Position numbers and translations under genes: made by a program. Source: Malacoraja senta (taxonomy: Eukaryota). Taken from it: a stretch of DNA of 64,000 nt. The notes under the pieces are model-generated. The model was not told the origin of the DNA and did not search any database. It worked only from the letters and a program-made list of their open reading frames with translations. Location: assembly GCA_038087875.1 (NCBI GenBank), contig CM075977.1:90024001-90088000 (forward strand), in the 5' to 3' direction. Shown here piece after piece: positions 1-13,700 of this stretch; the stretch's first letter is position 1; each line of letters starts with the position of its first letter.

Positions 1-620
1 TGTGTGAAATCTTGGTATCATATTTGACCTTGATGTGCTATAAAACATTACACCTTAACCATGACCTTTTTAACCTCAATAACATTTACTGACTCTGACC
101 TCCTCTCACCTATGTGTGGTTAAAACTCTCATTATTACCTCTGGAGGTTGCAAATTTGATGCTTACCTGCCTATCCAGGTATGGGTGTCAGGAGTTATGG
201 GGAGAAGGCAGGAGAATGGGGTTAGGAGGGAGAGATAGATCAGCCATGATTGAATGGTGGAGTAGACTTGATGGGCTGAATGACCTAATTCTACTCCTAT
301 CACTTATGATCTTATGATCCTTCCACCTACCACCTTCCATAAATATGAGGTCTTCCAGAACTCTGCTACAAAGTTTACTCACACAGACTCCTATTTGCCC
401 ATCATACATTTGCTCCAATTTAAGCAAAACATTGACATTAAAGTTCAAACTCTTTTCATCAAATCCCTCGATGAAATTCTCCCCACAAAACTGGAATCTC
501 CTCTGGCCCTAGGGTTCTTTGAGATACTTGTACTTCTCCAATTTGGGTATAATAATCATCCTCAAATTGAAATGCCCCACAATTTCCAACGTCTTAAACT
601 AGAGGATTCTCTCCATCCCC
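1..620 (+). mobile_element. Old degenerate L2-like LINE fragment interrupted by a CR1 3' tail (~180-316)
   Basis: aatcttggtatcatatttgac resembles the NLGVIFD segment of the young L2 at ~34070. The insert ggggagaaggcaggagaatgggg...cctaattctactcctat..ttatgatc matches the CR1 tail also seen at 56770-56880. Confidence 0.55.
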
Positions 621-714
621 CAATCTCCATATATCTGCCATTTTTTTCTTTAAAGCTACTTTTTAAACTATTTCTTTGACATAGGTTTTGGTGACCTGCC
701 CTTAGTTTTTTTTT

Positions 715-1105
715 AGGTTTAGGTTTATTATTGTCATGTGTACCGAGCTACGGTGAAAAGCTTTGTTTTGCATGCCTACTAAACAGATCAGGTGTACAAA
801 ACATAAATACAAACAAGTTAAACTCAAGTACAATAGAGCAAAGAGGAAGATACAGAACAAAGAACATAGTTCTCAGCATTGTTGCGCCTCAGTTCCATGG
901 ACAAATTCTAATGTCAACAATAGTGGAGAGATAAATTGGACAGTATCCCAACTTTTGGAAGGGCCGTTCAGAAGCCTGATAACAGAGGGGAAGAAGTTCT
1001 TCGTCAGTACTTTCAAGCCTCTGCACCTTCTGCCTAACAGGTGCAGGGAAAGGATGGGTCAAGTCATTGCTAATGTTGGCTGCTTTTCCGAGGCAGTGTA
1101 AAATG
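715..1105 (-). mobile_element. Rex1/Babar-like LINE 3' fragment
   Basis: Begins with a (ttaggt)n tail followed by tttattattgtcatgtgtaccgag, a tail shared with copies at ~54375, ~58665 and ~63065. Family assignment is from recall. Confidence 0.45.
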
Positions 1106-1339
1106 TAGATGCTATATGTTTTCAATTGGCATGGTGTCAACTTCGTTTTAGTAATGCTCCTGAGCTGAGTCTTGGATTTCAAGCCATGTCACATGCTTTA
1201 TGTAAAGTTCTTAGTGTTGCTGTTTCTATCAAGCTGCATCACGATGTATATGGCATACAAGTGTGAATGAGAGAAATATGTTGCTTTGGCTTCCTTCTAT
1301 ATGTGGAACAAGATGAAAAACAAATCTCTTTATATTAAA

Positions 1340-1897
1340 CAGTCATAAGAAATAAATGCAGGAGTAGGCCATTCTGCCTCTCATTCCTGTCAGGTATTCT
1401 ACAAGATCAGGATTGATCTTCTATCTTATATTCCTTGATTTCTTTAATTCTCCAAAGAATAATTCATTTTGCCTTGAATTTACTGACAGCCATTCCAAAG
1501 ATTAACTACCCACTGGGAGAAGAGATTTCTTTGTCTTTCCATGCTGAATGGCCAACCCCATTTCTTCAGGATTGTGACCCCTAACTGCAGATGGCCAATG
1601 ATGAACTTAAGGATTTTATATGTTTTACTGAGACCCCCTTTGATTCTTCATAATCCAAGAGAGCAAAGCAGCAGTCTGATTAACTACATGACAAAGCTCC
1701 AATCCCAGCAATCAATCCATTGGAACCTCCATTGCAGTCTCTCTATCTTGAGTAGAAAGACTAGACCCGTACACAATATCTCGGGGGCAATCTCATCAGG
1801 AACCTGTCAGAAGTCTTATCTTTGTGCATGAATCCTCTTTCATTGAAGTCCAGCACATTGTTTGCTTTCTTAATTGGTTGCTGTACCTGCAAGCTAA
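1340..1897 (-). mobile_element. CR1-type LINE fragment
   Basis: Reverse complement of the CR1 3' end (aggagtaggccatt...) continuing into RT-like sequence. Confidence 0.6.
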
Positions 1898-2108
1898 TGG
1901 CTCTGTCCCATGGGCAGGCGATTACTGGCGGTGACGGGCGGTGTAGCAGGAAGTTGGGACCGATCGTGGCCGCCAGAGACCGCGCATGCGGTGGGTTCAA
2001 TCCCCGCAAGCTGCCGCCGACCGTATGTGGTTGGTCCCGACACCGCGCGGTGCTCACAAAACCCGACACTGTTCAAAAATCACGGCCTACCGCACAGGCC
2101 GCTGCCTC
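1898..2108. mobile_element. PIF/Harbinger-type MITE, left part, cut by the gap
   Basis: Follows TAA and starts tggctctgtccca. Internal sequence (ccgccagagaccgcg...ggtgctcacaaaa...cctaccgcacag) is homologous to the MITE at 33845-35196. Confidence 0.7.
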
Positions 2109-2308
2109 NNNNNNNNNNNNNNNNNNNNNNNNNNNNNNNNNNNNNNNNNNNNNNNNNNNNNNNNNNNNNNNNNNNNNNNNNNNNNNNNNNNNNNNNNNNN
2201 NNNNNNNNNNNNNNNNNNNNNNNNNNNNNNNNNNNNNNNNNNNNNNNNNNNNNNNNNNNNNNNNNNNNNNNNNNNNNNNNNNNNNNNNNNNNNNNNNNNN
2301 NNNNNNNN
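2109..2308. other. Assembly gap (200 N); further gaps at 2466-2639 and 3439-3568
   Basis: Runs of N seen directly. Confidence 0.99.
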
Positions 2309-4400
2309 GCCAGTGGATGTGACAATAATTAATGTCATTATACAAAAAATAAAGAAAAGAAGAGGCTGCGAGGGAAAATAGTAAGTTGCACTTTATTCAG
2401 CGGTAAGCCAGTGTTATGTCGCAAAACCCAAGGAGCCGCGTTATCGATTCGCACTCTTTTATCATNNNNNNNNNNNNNNNNNNNNNNNNNNNNNNNNNNN
2501 NNNNNNNNNNNNNNNNNNNNNNNNNNNNNNNNNNNNNNNNNNNNNNNNNNNNNNNNNNNNNNNNNNNNNNNNNNNNNNNNNNNNNNNNNNNNNNNNNNNN
2601 NNNNNNNNNNNNNNNNNNNNNNNNNNNNNNNNNNNNNNNAAATGGTTTATATAAACGCGATTTAAATAGGATTTCTCTCTCTCTCTCTCGCTCCGGGGAG
2701 AACGGGTGTACCTGGTGTTTACATAAGTACGTTCGTGTGACTTTTGGGACGTGTAGATATACATCAGAGACAGACCGGGCTGTCAACTTGCCTTGCCTCC
2801 CTGTGAAACAATTTCCAGACAGAATTGCTCATTCTTCGGGGGCTCTGAGAAGCAGTTTCTGGTCCGTGAGAGACAGACGGGGGGGGGGGGGGGGGGGGGG
2901 GTGGAGGTGGCGAGGCTGTCCGAGACTCGCAATTTTATGTCCTCCATCGCCGAATGTTCACTTTATTCCTGCCTCTTTTCCGACAAAAAGAGCCGATATA
3001 ACAGTAGCAGTTAGAACAAACACCGAGTTAATTCATTACTAACAAAACCCATATCATTTGTACAAAGGAAATGTTGCATTTTTTTTTAATCCACGGGCCA
3101 GTCTTTAGTCAAATAACCATTCGCTCTTAAACAAAAAAGAAAGCACTCTTTTTCCGGAGGACCGTGCCCTACTTTAAACAGCAGTTAGTTCTCTTTGTTT
3201 TTTGGTTTGTTTTTTTGTTACCTGGCAGTATGGCAGTGGGTGGCTGCTGGGCGGCTGCGGGAGCACGCAGCTCGGGCGAATTGAACTCGTTCAGCCTGGG
3301 TCGGAAGGCAGCCGCAGCAGCAGGTTGTGGCTGTTTATTGCAGGCTGGTGCTCTCGGGGTGATGAGAATCATGGTGGTGATGATGAAGAGCTTGAAGGCA
3401 GACACGCTCCCCTGGTCCCTGGATCAGCCCATGTGTGTNNNNNNNNNNNNNNNNNNNNNNNNNNNNNNNNNNNNNNNNNNNNNNNNNNNNNNNNNNNNNN
3501 NNNNNNNNNNNNNNNNNNNNNNNNNNNNNNNNNNNNNNNNNNNNNNNNNNNNNNNNNNNNNNNNNNNNGCCTCTGTATCCACTGGCGGCTGCTGCTCTTT
3601 CTGTCAAAAGCCGAGCTAAACTCTTCGTCCCCAGTTTGTATCGCACATTATCCGTTTCGACTCATCCCTGTGTGCCTCTAAGTATCTTTTTTTCTAACAC
3701 AATTCGGAATTCCAACCAGCTAAATCCGCGCCTCAGCTCCCATTGCCTTAACTCCGCTGTGTTCTGTGTTTTTTTTAATTATTATTGAAGCTCGTATATA
3801 GTAGCCCTGCCTTTTCGTTCGGGGCAGACTTCTGCGATTGGGACACGACAGTGACACGGGGATCGATCGTTTAAACTCAGAGCAAACGCTGGGTATGTAA
3901 CGCACTCTCTCCCCTTCATCACTCCAGCAGCAACTGTGGACACCAACTAAACAAATCCGACACGAAATCTAGGCTAAAAATAGAGAGGTCCACAAAGAGC
4001 ATGGTGTAGCAGCGTCGAGTGGAAACGTTTAATTTCCAAGATCCCGGAGAATTGTTGGCAATTTTTATTTGATACGAAAAGCTCGATTGCCTAAAACTGT
4101 CAGCACCAGAAATAAACACTTTCACTTTTTTCCTCTAATGTCTATAAAGGTCGAAAAGGAATCAAAATACATACAGTGCGGCTTAGACGGGCGAGTTGAT
4201 CTGCGGTGCAATCTTTTCTGTACTTCTAAAAGGAACATCCGATGGATTTTGCAGTGGCTGTAAATACATATCTATATAGACACACGTACATATGGATTAT
4301 GTATATGAACACAGGGACACGTATAGCGACAGAGGTATTTTGTGCGAATCGGTTCTTGTTTCGCGTCTTTTTCTCTTGGACGACGAGATTGTTTTTTCAG
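2309..4400. promoter_or_regulatory. CpG-rich region, putative ZFHX4 promoter/first-exon area (partly hidden by N gaps)
   Basis: CG dinucleotides are much more frequent than in the neighbouring intron. Contains (CT)n and a G run at ~2879-2900, has no recognisable TE, and lies ~19 kb upstream of an exon that begins with a splice acceptor, so an upstream non-coding exon is required. Confidence 0.55.
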
Positions 4401-7400
4401 TAATTGGACAATGCCAAGTGATAAAAATTTAAATTAATTTTGTACACTGATAGATACACTTTGGTTGATACAATATCCCCTTTGTTTTTTTGTCCTAAAT
4501 TTATTTTGTCAATGGCCTTAATAAAATCTCTAAGGCTCGTAACAATAGTTGCAAATACAGTAGGTTAACTTATTAAACGTTGTTCATTTTGGAATGATTA
4601 GGAACGAGATTTGTATAGATTATTATCATGCAGTACTGTCATTGACGTTTGCCATGTTACATCCACAATTAAATTAGAACCTTATCCCTCAATTACAAGC
4701 ATTTTACAAAATGGTGCAAGAAACGTCTGTTTTCTCGCAATCATTTTCTTTAATTTTGTATTGATATTTTTGAAAACCTTATGCTGCAAAATGGCTAATC
4801 AAATAAAGAGGCTGGGTGAATCAGTTCATATATTCCATAATATTCTCTTGGCACTTTAACCATAAGCTAAAACTTACACAGTGAAATTAGATTACCCACA
4901 ATAACAATATTATAGCCTGCATTGGATGAATGCAGAACTGAGGTGGCTTTGTTGATTGCAAGGGTTTAATGTTGCATTTCAGAATCTGATGTGGTTTAGT
5001 CTCCCTTCCATTAGCTGGAAAAACCCCTGAGGTTTTACAATTATGTCTTAAAGATAATACATTTAACATGGAATTGGTAGGCAGAGGAAAACTCATAAAG
5101 GCAAGAAGGAAAGCCCTTAATAACTCTTGAGATTCAGACATGTTCAGCAGTAAGATTGGATCTGACTTCACCAAGGGTCGACAATGTGTCATTTCCATGA
5201 AGCCAAATTGCCCTCACCCTATATGATATTAATGTGCAAATCAATATTTCAGGGATTAAATTTCTCTTCTTCATTTTTTATGGTTTCTACCTCAATAAGT
5301 CTCAAGCCTATTAGAAAAAGGCTTAGTGATTTAAAATCCTTCTGTGCAGTATGGGTAGTTGCAGCCTTTTATTTTAATCTCTTTCTTTTACAAAGCTTGA
5401 AACACTGACGGTGACCCAATGAAACTGGTAGTCCCTGTCAGCACATGCTCAGTTGTGCATTTGACCCATGATAAGTTGAACGCCTGAGAAAGCCAGGTTC
5501 AGATTGTTGGCTGTTTCAGGGAAATATTGTGTTAATGATATAACAATAAGCATTCTAAATCAATAATTCTACTTTCAATTAACAGTAGGAACCAAATTAT
5601 TTTGTGACCACTCAGGTCAAATTCCCTTATAATTTGATAACAAAACCCTGCAGATGGCAATATAACATATAGTTTGCACACAAAAAATGCCTTGTGACAA
5701 CAAGATAAAACGTAATTTGAAAAATATAACAAACCACTGATATAAGAACGTTAAATTCAAAGTTCAGCAACAATTGATTGGCAAAAATATTTTTTGAAAT
5801 TACATATTTTCAGAATATTAATATTTCCCTTAGATATTCTGCCTGTCATTTGTTTTTGTTTCTATAAGTTATCACAAAAAAAATTGCTGTTGATGTGAAA
5901 GTGATGTCATCAAACTTTATTAAGGATCAGCAGTATATCTGCCAGTCGCTATTGTTTGAGTCAGATCTATAAATAGCCTGAATATAATTAGTGATGCTGG
6001 GTCTTCAATATTTCAATCACCAAGTGAAGTCATGGTGATGGTTTATTGACAGGTAAAAGCCGGCAACATAGGACACCGTGGCGCAACTTGACAATGGTGT
6101 TGATTTTGAATTGTTTTTGTGCATATCGAGACTGTGAGCAAATCTATGGCATATTTAGTGAACAGGCATACTTCCGAACATACAGAACAACTTTCGTAAG
6201 CTTAAAATGTTGGCGGAAATCTAACAACGGATCAATGTCGCTTTTACAGCTATGCCAGCAGAGTGTAGTTAAAATAGCGGTCGAGTCAGGACACTATTTA
6301 TCAGTCTGGAGTTCTAGAAATAATTAATAAAATTGTAAAAGGAGAATTATTTAACCAAAACATTACAGAGTCTAATCTAAATCTTATTTATTGCATACAA
6401 ATTTGTGTATGTTGCATGTGTGTGGTTGTACCTTAGTATACAGTGAACTTGAATGAGAAGCTTGCATTCTTTATAGCAATGCAGAGAGTGAGCATACGCT
6501 GGTGTTGGAATGCAGTTGCTGTTTCACTGGAGTAGCCTTATTCTTACTGCCGTTGGTCCGATGTTGAATGTACAGGCCTCAACCCAGGAATGAGTGTCAA
6601 TTTCAAGTACCTCTCTCTCTTTCTCGCACCCTCTGTCTCTTTCTCTTTTATACATACGAACCACTCAATTGAAAGGAAGCATGCATTCCAGTTGTTACAT
6701 CAGAATGTGAGAAAATAGTAAAAGTGAAACTATTTTGTGAACGTGAACCATCTGGATGAAGTTCAGATGCAGCTGCATCAATTTTCGTACACTGCAGAAC
6801 ATTTTTTCCAGTCAGTGTAAAATGTTCCTCCCTAAAAATGTGGAGCAGGCTCGCTCAATTTAGTCTGCAAAAAGAAATGCATACGGGAAAGGACAAAGGC
6901 TCCTTAATTCGTGCAAGCTGTCCATTCTCCTAAAATTCCTTTCTCGTTTGCTTTGAAAAGTTATATCTATTTCATATGCGCTGCTGTTTCAAATATGTGA
7001 CTTTAGAATTATTTTATACAGATTCACTAGAAATAGTTTTGTTTATCACTGTCAACAATATGAACAGATTTTGATTCCTAATCAACCAATTGTAATTAAA
7101 TAAATCGTTTGTGTAATTTCTACTTAGTTTTTCAGTAGTTTATATTTAGGTTGAGTGTAATATACAGTCCACATGTAGAAGTGTAAATGCTGGAATGATT
7201 TCACAATGATAATCAGTGTGTGTTATTGTTGTGCGACGTTGTCTAATACAATTGAAGCAGTGACTGGAGGTCAGAAATCCTGGCAGGTTGGTACAGTTCA
7301 CATACCCACAACACCAGCAGCAAGAGTGAGTGGAAAGATAAGAAGCTAGTAGGCTTATGTATTAAGTGTAGGGCCCTTCCGTTTAAGCCTCAGGGCGATT

Positions 7401-10146
7401 TTCTTTTCTTTCGAGTAAAATCCCTTCTTTTAGGGTTTAGAACTTGGATGGAGTTCAAGCTAAACAGCGTCTGGGGAAAGTGCAAGTGAAAGGTACAACT
7501 TTCATGTAATTAGAACTTAATTATATTAACATATGCAATTGTTAATTTAGAGGCTTGTTGAGTTGGCAGAGATCAGGCGAGCACAATTGCATTATTGTTC
7601 TGGAGAAAATAATAGATCTGAATTGGGTAGAGGAAACACATAACTAGCTATCTAATTTACTCATACCATGGTAAAATTTCATTAGTCCCCATGGTAACTG
7701 GGTTAATTGTGCTGACTAATGTTCAGGGCTGCAGAGTGTCCTAAAAGAAAGCCTTGTTTGCCTAATCCACCTTACAACGACACTTGTTTGCACATGTTTC
7801 CTTTGTATAGGAATTTGCATATGCAAACGAATAGTTTTTCTGTCTCATTTGTCATGGTTCTTCATTACCCATGAAGAGGACATTGTTACTAAGCTTTTAC
7901 TGTGCATCCTAAGACAGTGTGGTGTCAACCAGACCAGCTGCATTCTTTCATAATTTGTTTCTGATTAATAGACCAGTTTCAGGTTCATTCTATTCAGACC
8001 TTAGCAAGGAAAGGTCAATTCTGTTGCTGAAAAAGGGTTTCCGCAGTAACTAAAGCTGTTTTTCTTTGACCAATTAAACTACAGCTTAAAAGCAAGTGTA
8101 GCTTTGCATTGTGAAAATACCTTCACTAATAATCTCTCTAGGTTCTGATAACAGAATATGAAAAAAGGAAGAGATTCTGCTCTTCCAGAATTAATCCTGT
8201 TTTTTGACAGAAACGTAAAACTGATATAATTGCTTTTCAGTTGGAGAAATGGAGGTTTATAGAAGTGTGAAAGCATCGAAAAGGGATTAGCATTATTTTA
8301 CATAATGAAAAGTACTGTTGAATGGCAGAGTGAATGGTTGACTGAGTGACTAAGATGAAAGGAAGATGAAAATGCAGGCTCTTCCCTCCCCCCCCCCTCC
8401 CAAATTCTCAGCTCACTTTAAAGATGTATTTGTCCAGGACTTGAGAAAACAAGTATAGTCTCATATTTCAGCAGTTTGTGGAATTCCCTTGGATTCTCTC
8501 ATCTTGTGAAGTAATATGTATGATAATGGTGAAGCTTGGGCTGATAAACAAAGGTTTTTATACAAGAGAGTTACATGAACATGCCAGGCATGTCACAGAC
8601 CAAATATTGACCAGGTTCAACTATTTTCTGTGGTAATTTGTTTCCCCAATAAAGGTTCCAAGTAATATTGCAGAAACATAAAGATTGATAATGGTGTAAA
8701 TAAGTCTTTGTCAGCTGATCAGTTTATTATGCTGTGAATTATTTTAAACACTTAAATTAAAATCTCTCCCAGGGATATCATTTAAAGATATTAGTTCACA
8801 GCTTTCAAAGTGACCAGTGATTATTTTTTTGTCATTTAGAAAGTGAAGACCAATAGGTGCAATTTTTGACAACATTAAATGAGACATTTTCCTGTTTACT
8901 TATCCCTTTAGTAGGTTTCACAAGGATTTAGGCTGTAATAAGTAACATTTTCAGGCCCCAAACAAGTGTACACATAGACGATCAGCTATTGACCCCTATT
9001 GTTTGCTGGCAGTTCACAAAACTTCTATATGCACATATTTGTCATTTGAATAAAGGTTGGTCAGGTTAATTTTTAATGCAAAATTACTTAAGCTGAAAAA
9101 GATTAAACCGACTTTTAATGTCATAAAGTCAAATCACAAATAAATGCATATCGCTACTTTAATTTGTGTATGTTTTTTTAACACGCAAAAATGTGATATA
9201 TTCTATTTCTCTAAAGATTGGCATATTTTATAATTGTGTTAAACACATTTAATAAACTGTCATGTGCTGTAATTGGCACATTTCCAGTCTCTGCAGAATT
9301 GACAGGCAGGTTAGTAGCTGGTTACAATTTGCCCCTGTTCTGTAGCATAGAGGAGAAATAGCTAAGTGACTTTAAATTGCTAAAATAATAATTGTAAGAC
9401 TTGAAATAATCCAGTAAGTCTTTTGGACAGACTATACAAATGCAATTGTAACATTATGAGCGAAACTCCTATGTTAAAAAGTGGTAATTAGCAACTTAAT
9501 GTGACATGGTTATTAGATTTATTTTGATTCACAAAATAGCTTGAAACAATCAAGCTGCCTCAAGGTACTCTTATCAGTTTCATTTTAGCTATGCTGTGTT
9601 AAAATTGCAAAGTATAAAATCTGTGCACTTTAGAATTACTCCGATTAGAAGTACAGGTGGAGATAGGAAGCTTTAAGTATTTTCCACTATTGATATGTTT
9701 ATATTTTATTGGCTTATGAAATAGTGAGTGTATTGGCACACTGACAGGAAAATAAACAACCTTAGATGGAATATGAAATAGACAGTTATTATTAGTATAT
9801 AGTTAGCTTCTGTTACAGACTTGTGCAATCTTGATAGACCATATTTTCTAATGGAAAGATCTGCTTAAATCATATTTTCAAACCATTCAAAATAAAACAA
9901 TCTTTTTTAGCAAAGATAATCATTCTAATCTATTTTGCAGCATTTATCTATAATGAATGGGTTTTTTTTAGAATGAATGAAAAAACAGAATAAGTTATTT
10001 GAACTACTCGATAAATGTATCAATTCATTAGATTCAGCATTAGACTGTTACAGAGATGAACAAAGAATGCCAATATCACAAAATCACACATTACTAGTAC
10101 TGGTTTAATGACATATTTGGTGGGGAATGTATCAGCTTGAACTATA

Positions 10147-10204
10147 TAATAATAATAATAATAGATTTTATTTATATAGCGCTTTTCAGGACTCAAAGTC
10201 GCTT
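10147..10204 (-). mobile_element. Extreme 3' stub of the young L2 LINE
   Basis: Reverse complement of aagcgactttgagtcctgaaaagcgctatataaataaaatct(att)n seen at 34753-34812 and 58487-58545. Confidence 0.85.
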
Positions 10205-10672
10205 AGAATAACAGTTGCTCAATAAACCACACTGAAAGCAGCCTTTCACAGGAGTAAGAGCGATCATAATTGTTAAACATTTCCTTTAATTGAAATGCAC
10301 ATATTTCTGAACAATTTTGCTGTAATATTTGGAATATCTAACTATACTAATGCCATTGTTTGCAATATAAGATCCAAACGCATGATTAAATCCATAATGG
10401 AAGATCAAAAATTATAGGAATATTGCATTTTTAAAATAGTTTCATTATCTCCTTGGAATACTGCAGGAAGCATGCCATTCCAGATATGCTAATGTTTCAA
10501 TTAATTATAATTTGTTGGGAACTTTTTATTGAAATATTTGCTCAGCACCAATTCACATTTTGTTTACTAGGAATTTTACTAGAAAGTTTAAAATGGGTGG
10601 AGCCTTCTTCACCCAAACAATGCTGTCAATACGAAATTCCCATTTCAGCTGAAGAACCGTATCGGAATTAAC

Positions 10673-10759
10673 TGTGTGTGTGTGTGTGCGGGTGCGTGTG
10701 TGAGTGCGCGTGTGTGTGAATGTGTGTGTGCATGTGTATGCGTGTGAGAGAGAGAGAGA
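10673..10759. repeat. Compound (TG)n/(AG)n microsatellite
   Basis: Seen directly. Confidence 0.9.
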
Positions 10760-13700
10760 CCTATGATCTATTTAATGTGAAATGGCAAAAGTTAAGTGAT
10801 ATCCAATGCAAATGACATAAGCATATAGTGTATCTTGGTGAGATAATTAGGGAAAGCAAGCCTCTCTAAGATTAAAAAGCTGTCGCAAAATACACTCAAT
10901 GTGTATGTATAAGATTTAATCTGCTCGTATGTACAGTAGATGTTTTCTCAGGTGATCTGTAATAATACAAACGTTTTAAAAGATGGCATGAGGTTACAAC
11001 AATTAACATAATATATTGAGGTTCATCCACAGCTGTTGAATGATAAATTCTGTATGAAGTAGTTTGATGGGATATTAGAACTACATAATTCATTGGAATT
11101 TATTGTGCCGACGGTAAAAGAAAAAGCTATTTGGACATAACATATATGCAGAAATGTATACTTCATGAAAGACTCCATCCAATCTATTCAATGTTTTCCT
11201 CGTCAGTTTATTCACTTTCCATCATGGATGCAATTAAATGTTGGTATTTGTTCTTGTGAGAGTTGTAGATTTTACAAAGAGGTAATTTCTTTAACCAGAC
11301 GAGCATAATATGCAGATTTTCAATTTCCACACCCAGCACATAAAGGGTGCCAGCAATTACCTGACACAATAGACAGGGCAAGCACTGTGTTGGTACAGAT
11401 CTTTAGGTTTTGAAGTAGTATAAAAGAATGGTAAGGGTGTTCTTTTGCTGAAATGATGCAGGTTGCAAAGCTGGAGTCATTAAGCTCTGCCAAGTGTTGT
11501 TGGTCATAGAGGCCCATTTAAGTGCTTGCTGTCAACAAGCAAATCACAGGGAGCACTTTCTCCAGCTCACCTCGATTTATTCATGAACCAGGCTTCACAT
11601 GCCACTTCGCTTTGTCCTTGGGCCAATAAGAAGGGGCAGGTGCCAATAAGAACATCACTTGAAGTGTTGCCCCCACCGTAGATAGTACTTCACAGAGGAG
11701 AAGGTCAACTCCACTTTTGAAGGTGTCATCTTGTAGCTGAGCCCTAAGTCAAACATGAATCGACAGGGTGAAAATAAAAGTAGATTCTTTCCACCTCAAC
11801 ATCAAGGTTTTTATTTTAAGATGAGTTAATCATTAGTAATTTTGATTAGGCTTGGTTTCTGATCTGTATATTGAAAATTCAACTGTTCTGTCATTTAATT
11901 GACATTCGCAGTGTAAATATTTGTCATTGGTATCAAAGTGTGTAAAATTGACAACTTCTGTTTGTCTAAGCAGTTGGGTATAAAATGCAAGGAAACATTA
12001 CAGTAATGCAGTACAGTGTAATCTACCTCCCGATTTCCAAAGCCCATCACCAACAACCCCCTAAACCCTCCACCGTCTTTTCCCTGAAACAAGGGAAGGA
12101 TACACAACAGACGAGATATCTGCAGCACTGTTTACAGTGGGGCAGAGGTTGAGTAGAGTCACTGAAATCCCTTGAGAAGCACTTACTAAGTAGTCTTCTC
12201 ATATCCTGTCTGATCTAAAGTGGAAGGGTCTCAGCAGATATCGCATATATGTGCAGGTATTATCAGGCAATGAGCATTATTTTAAAGGCAACATTAAAAA
12301 AAAATCAGAATCTTGGAAAATGATGATATGAACGCTAATGGGATGGAATCTTTTTGCACATCAGGAAAATGCACTGATGGAAGCTAATGATTTAGTTGTG
12401 GATAAAGTGGTCATCTTGTGCAATCTGATCGCAGTCATGAGATCATTTGTCATGGATGAAGTGAAAATGTCAAGACCAATGAGTCTGTGAGTACCAAAGG
12501 GGGCAAAAGGCCTTTCAGTGCCACTTTTGTGCAGTGTTCGGGACCAGCATAAATGGAGCTCTGGGGAGATGCAGGGTTAGTAAACTTGAGATTATATATT
12601 CTCAAGATGGTAACATTTGATAAAGTAGGATTCGGAAGGATAAAGATGGGGTTGTGACATTAGACTTCAGCGATAGCTTAGCAGTGCAAATAAATTAAAT
12701 ATAAAAATGCAGTCTTTAAGGCAGTTAAGCGTAAACTGTGGATTTGCAGAGGAGAATTCTGTTTCCATGTATTTTAGATAATTCATGGGCATTTTAAAAG
12801 ATAATTTCTAAACAATAGTTAATTTCACTGTTTTGCTGTTGTGTTGACAGTTAGCTTATTAAAAACGGTTCAATAATTGATATGGCAGATGCACAGACCC
12901 TGAATGAAATACTCCCAAGAAATGTTCACATGGTTCAAGGTTATAAATATTGTTGCAACATTGAGAGCAATTGTTTATTATATCAATATTAACTCTCACA
13001 GCTCAAAGACAAATAGATCATTCGTTAAGAGGAACCAAAATCAACTGACTTTATCGAAAAGAGGCTTGATTATTGTCTGACAATACATGTTTTGAAAGGT
13101 ATAATGAGTTAAAAATAGAAGCAACTGGATCACCCCTTTTTGCTTTTCTCATTGTTGAATAATTAGATTATGATTCAGAAAGAAATATCAAGTTCAAATC
13201 CAAATAACAATATTGCAATTTCTGTAAATACTTCAGACCAGAAGAAGCCATCTTGGTTAAATCTATCATTGTGGTTCCTTCAGGAGATTTCCTTTAAAAA
13301 AAAAATTTAAATGTATTGAAAACTATCAATATTAATGTTGAATTATTTTTTCTGCCCGGAAGATTTCCAATGACTTTTGTAATTTTTATATAACATTCTC
13401 ACTTAAAATAATAGCAGAAATATTGTCAACAACAAAGAACTGCAGTTTTTAAGCGTTTCTTGGCTGCACAAGTAATATTGAATGTCCTGATGCGTTGTTA
13501 ATTACAGCCATTTATTGTCTGTTTGCACTTAAACCTGAAACCTAATCAACATCCTGCTTTAGGTACTGTCTTGCCATAAACTTTAACTCTTGTTGCGGTG
13601 ATGAAGTCCTCAGCTGTTGTTCTCACTAATCATTTGCCTTCATTATACTGACAACTAAACTTGCTAATCGCTCTAATACAACTAACACCGGTGCGCTAAA

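Noticed and set aside
2309-3586. 10-bp inverted match gccagtggat / atccactggc near two gap edges
   Set aside because: Too short to distinguish from chance; no extension on either side.
1822-3788. Long ORFs spanning N runs
   Set aside because: Artefacts of translating gaps as X.
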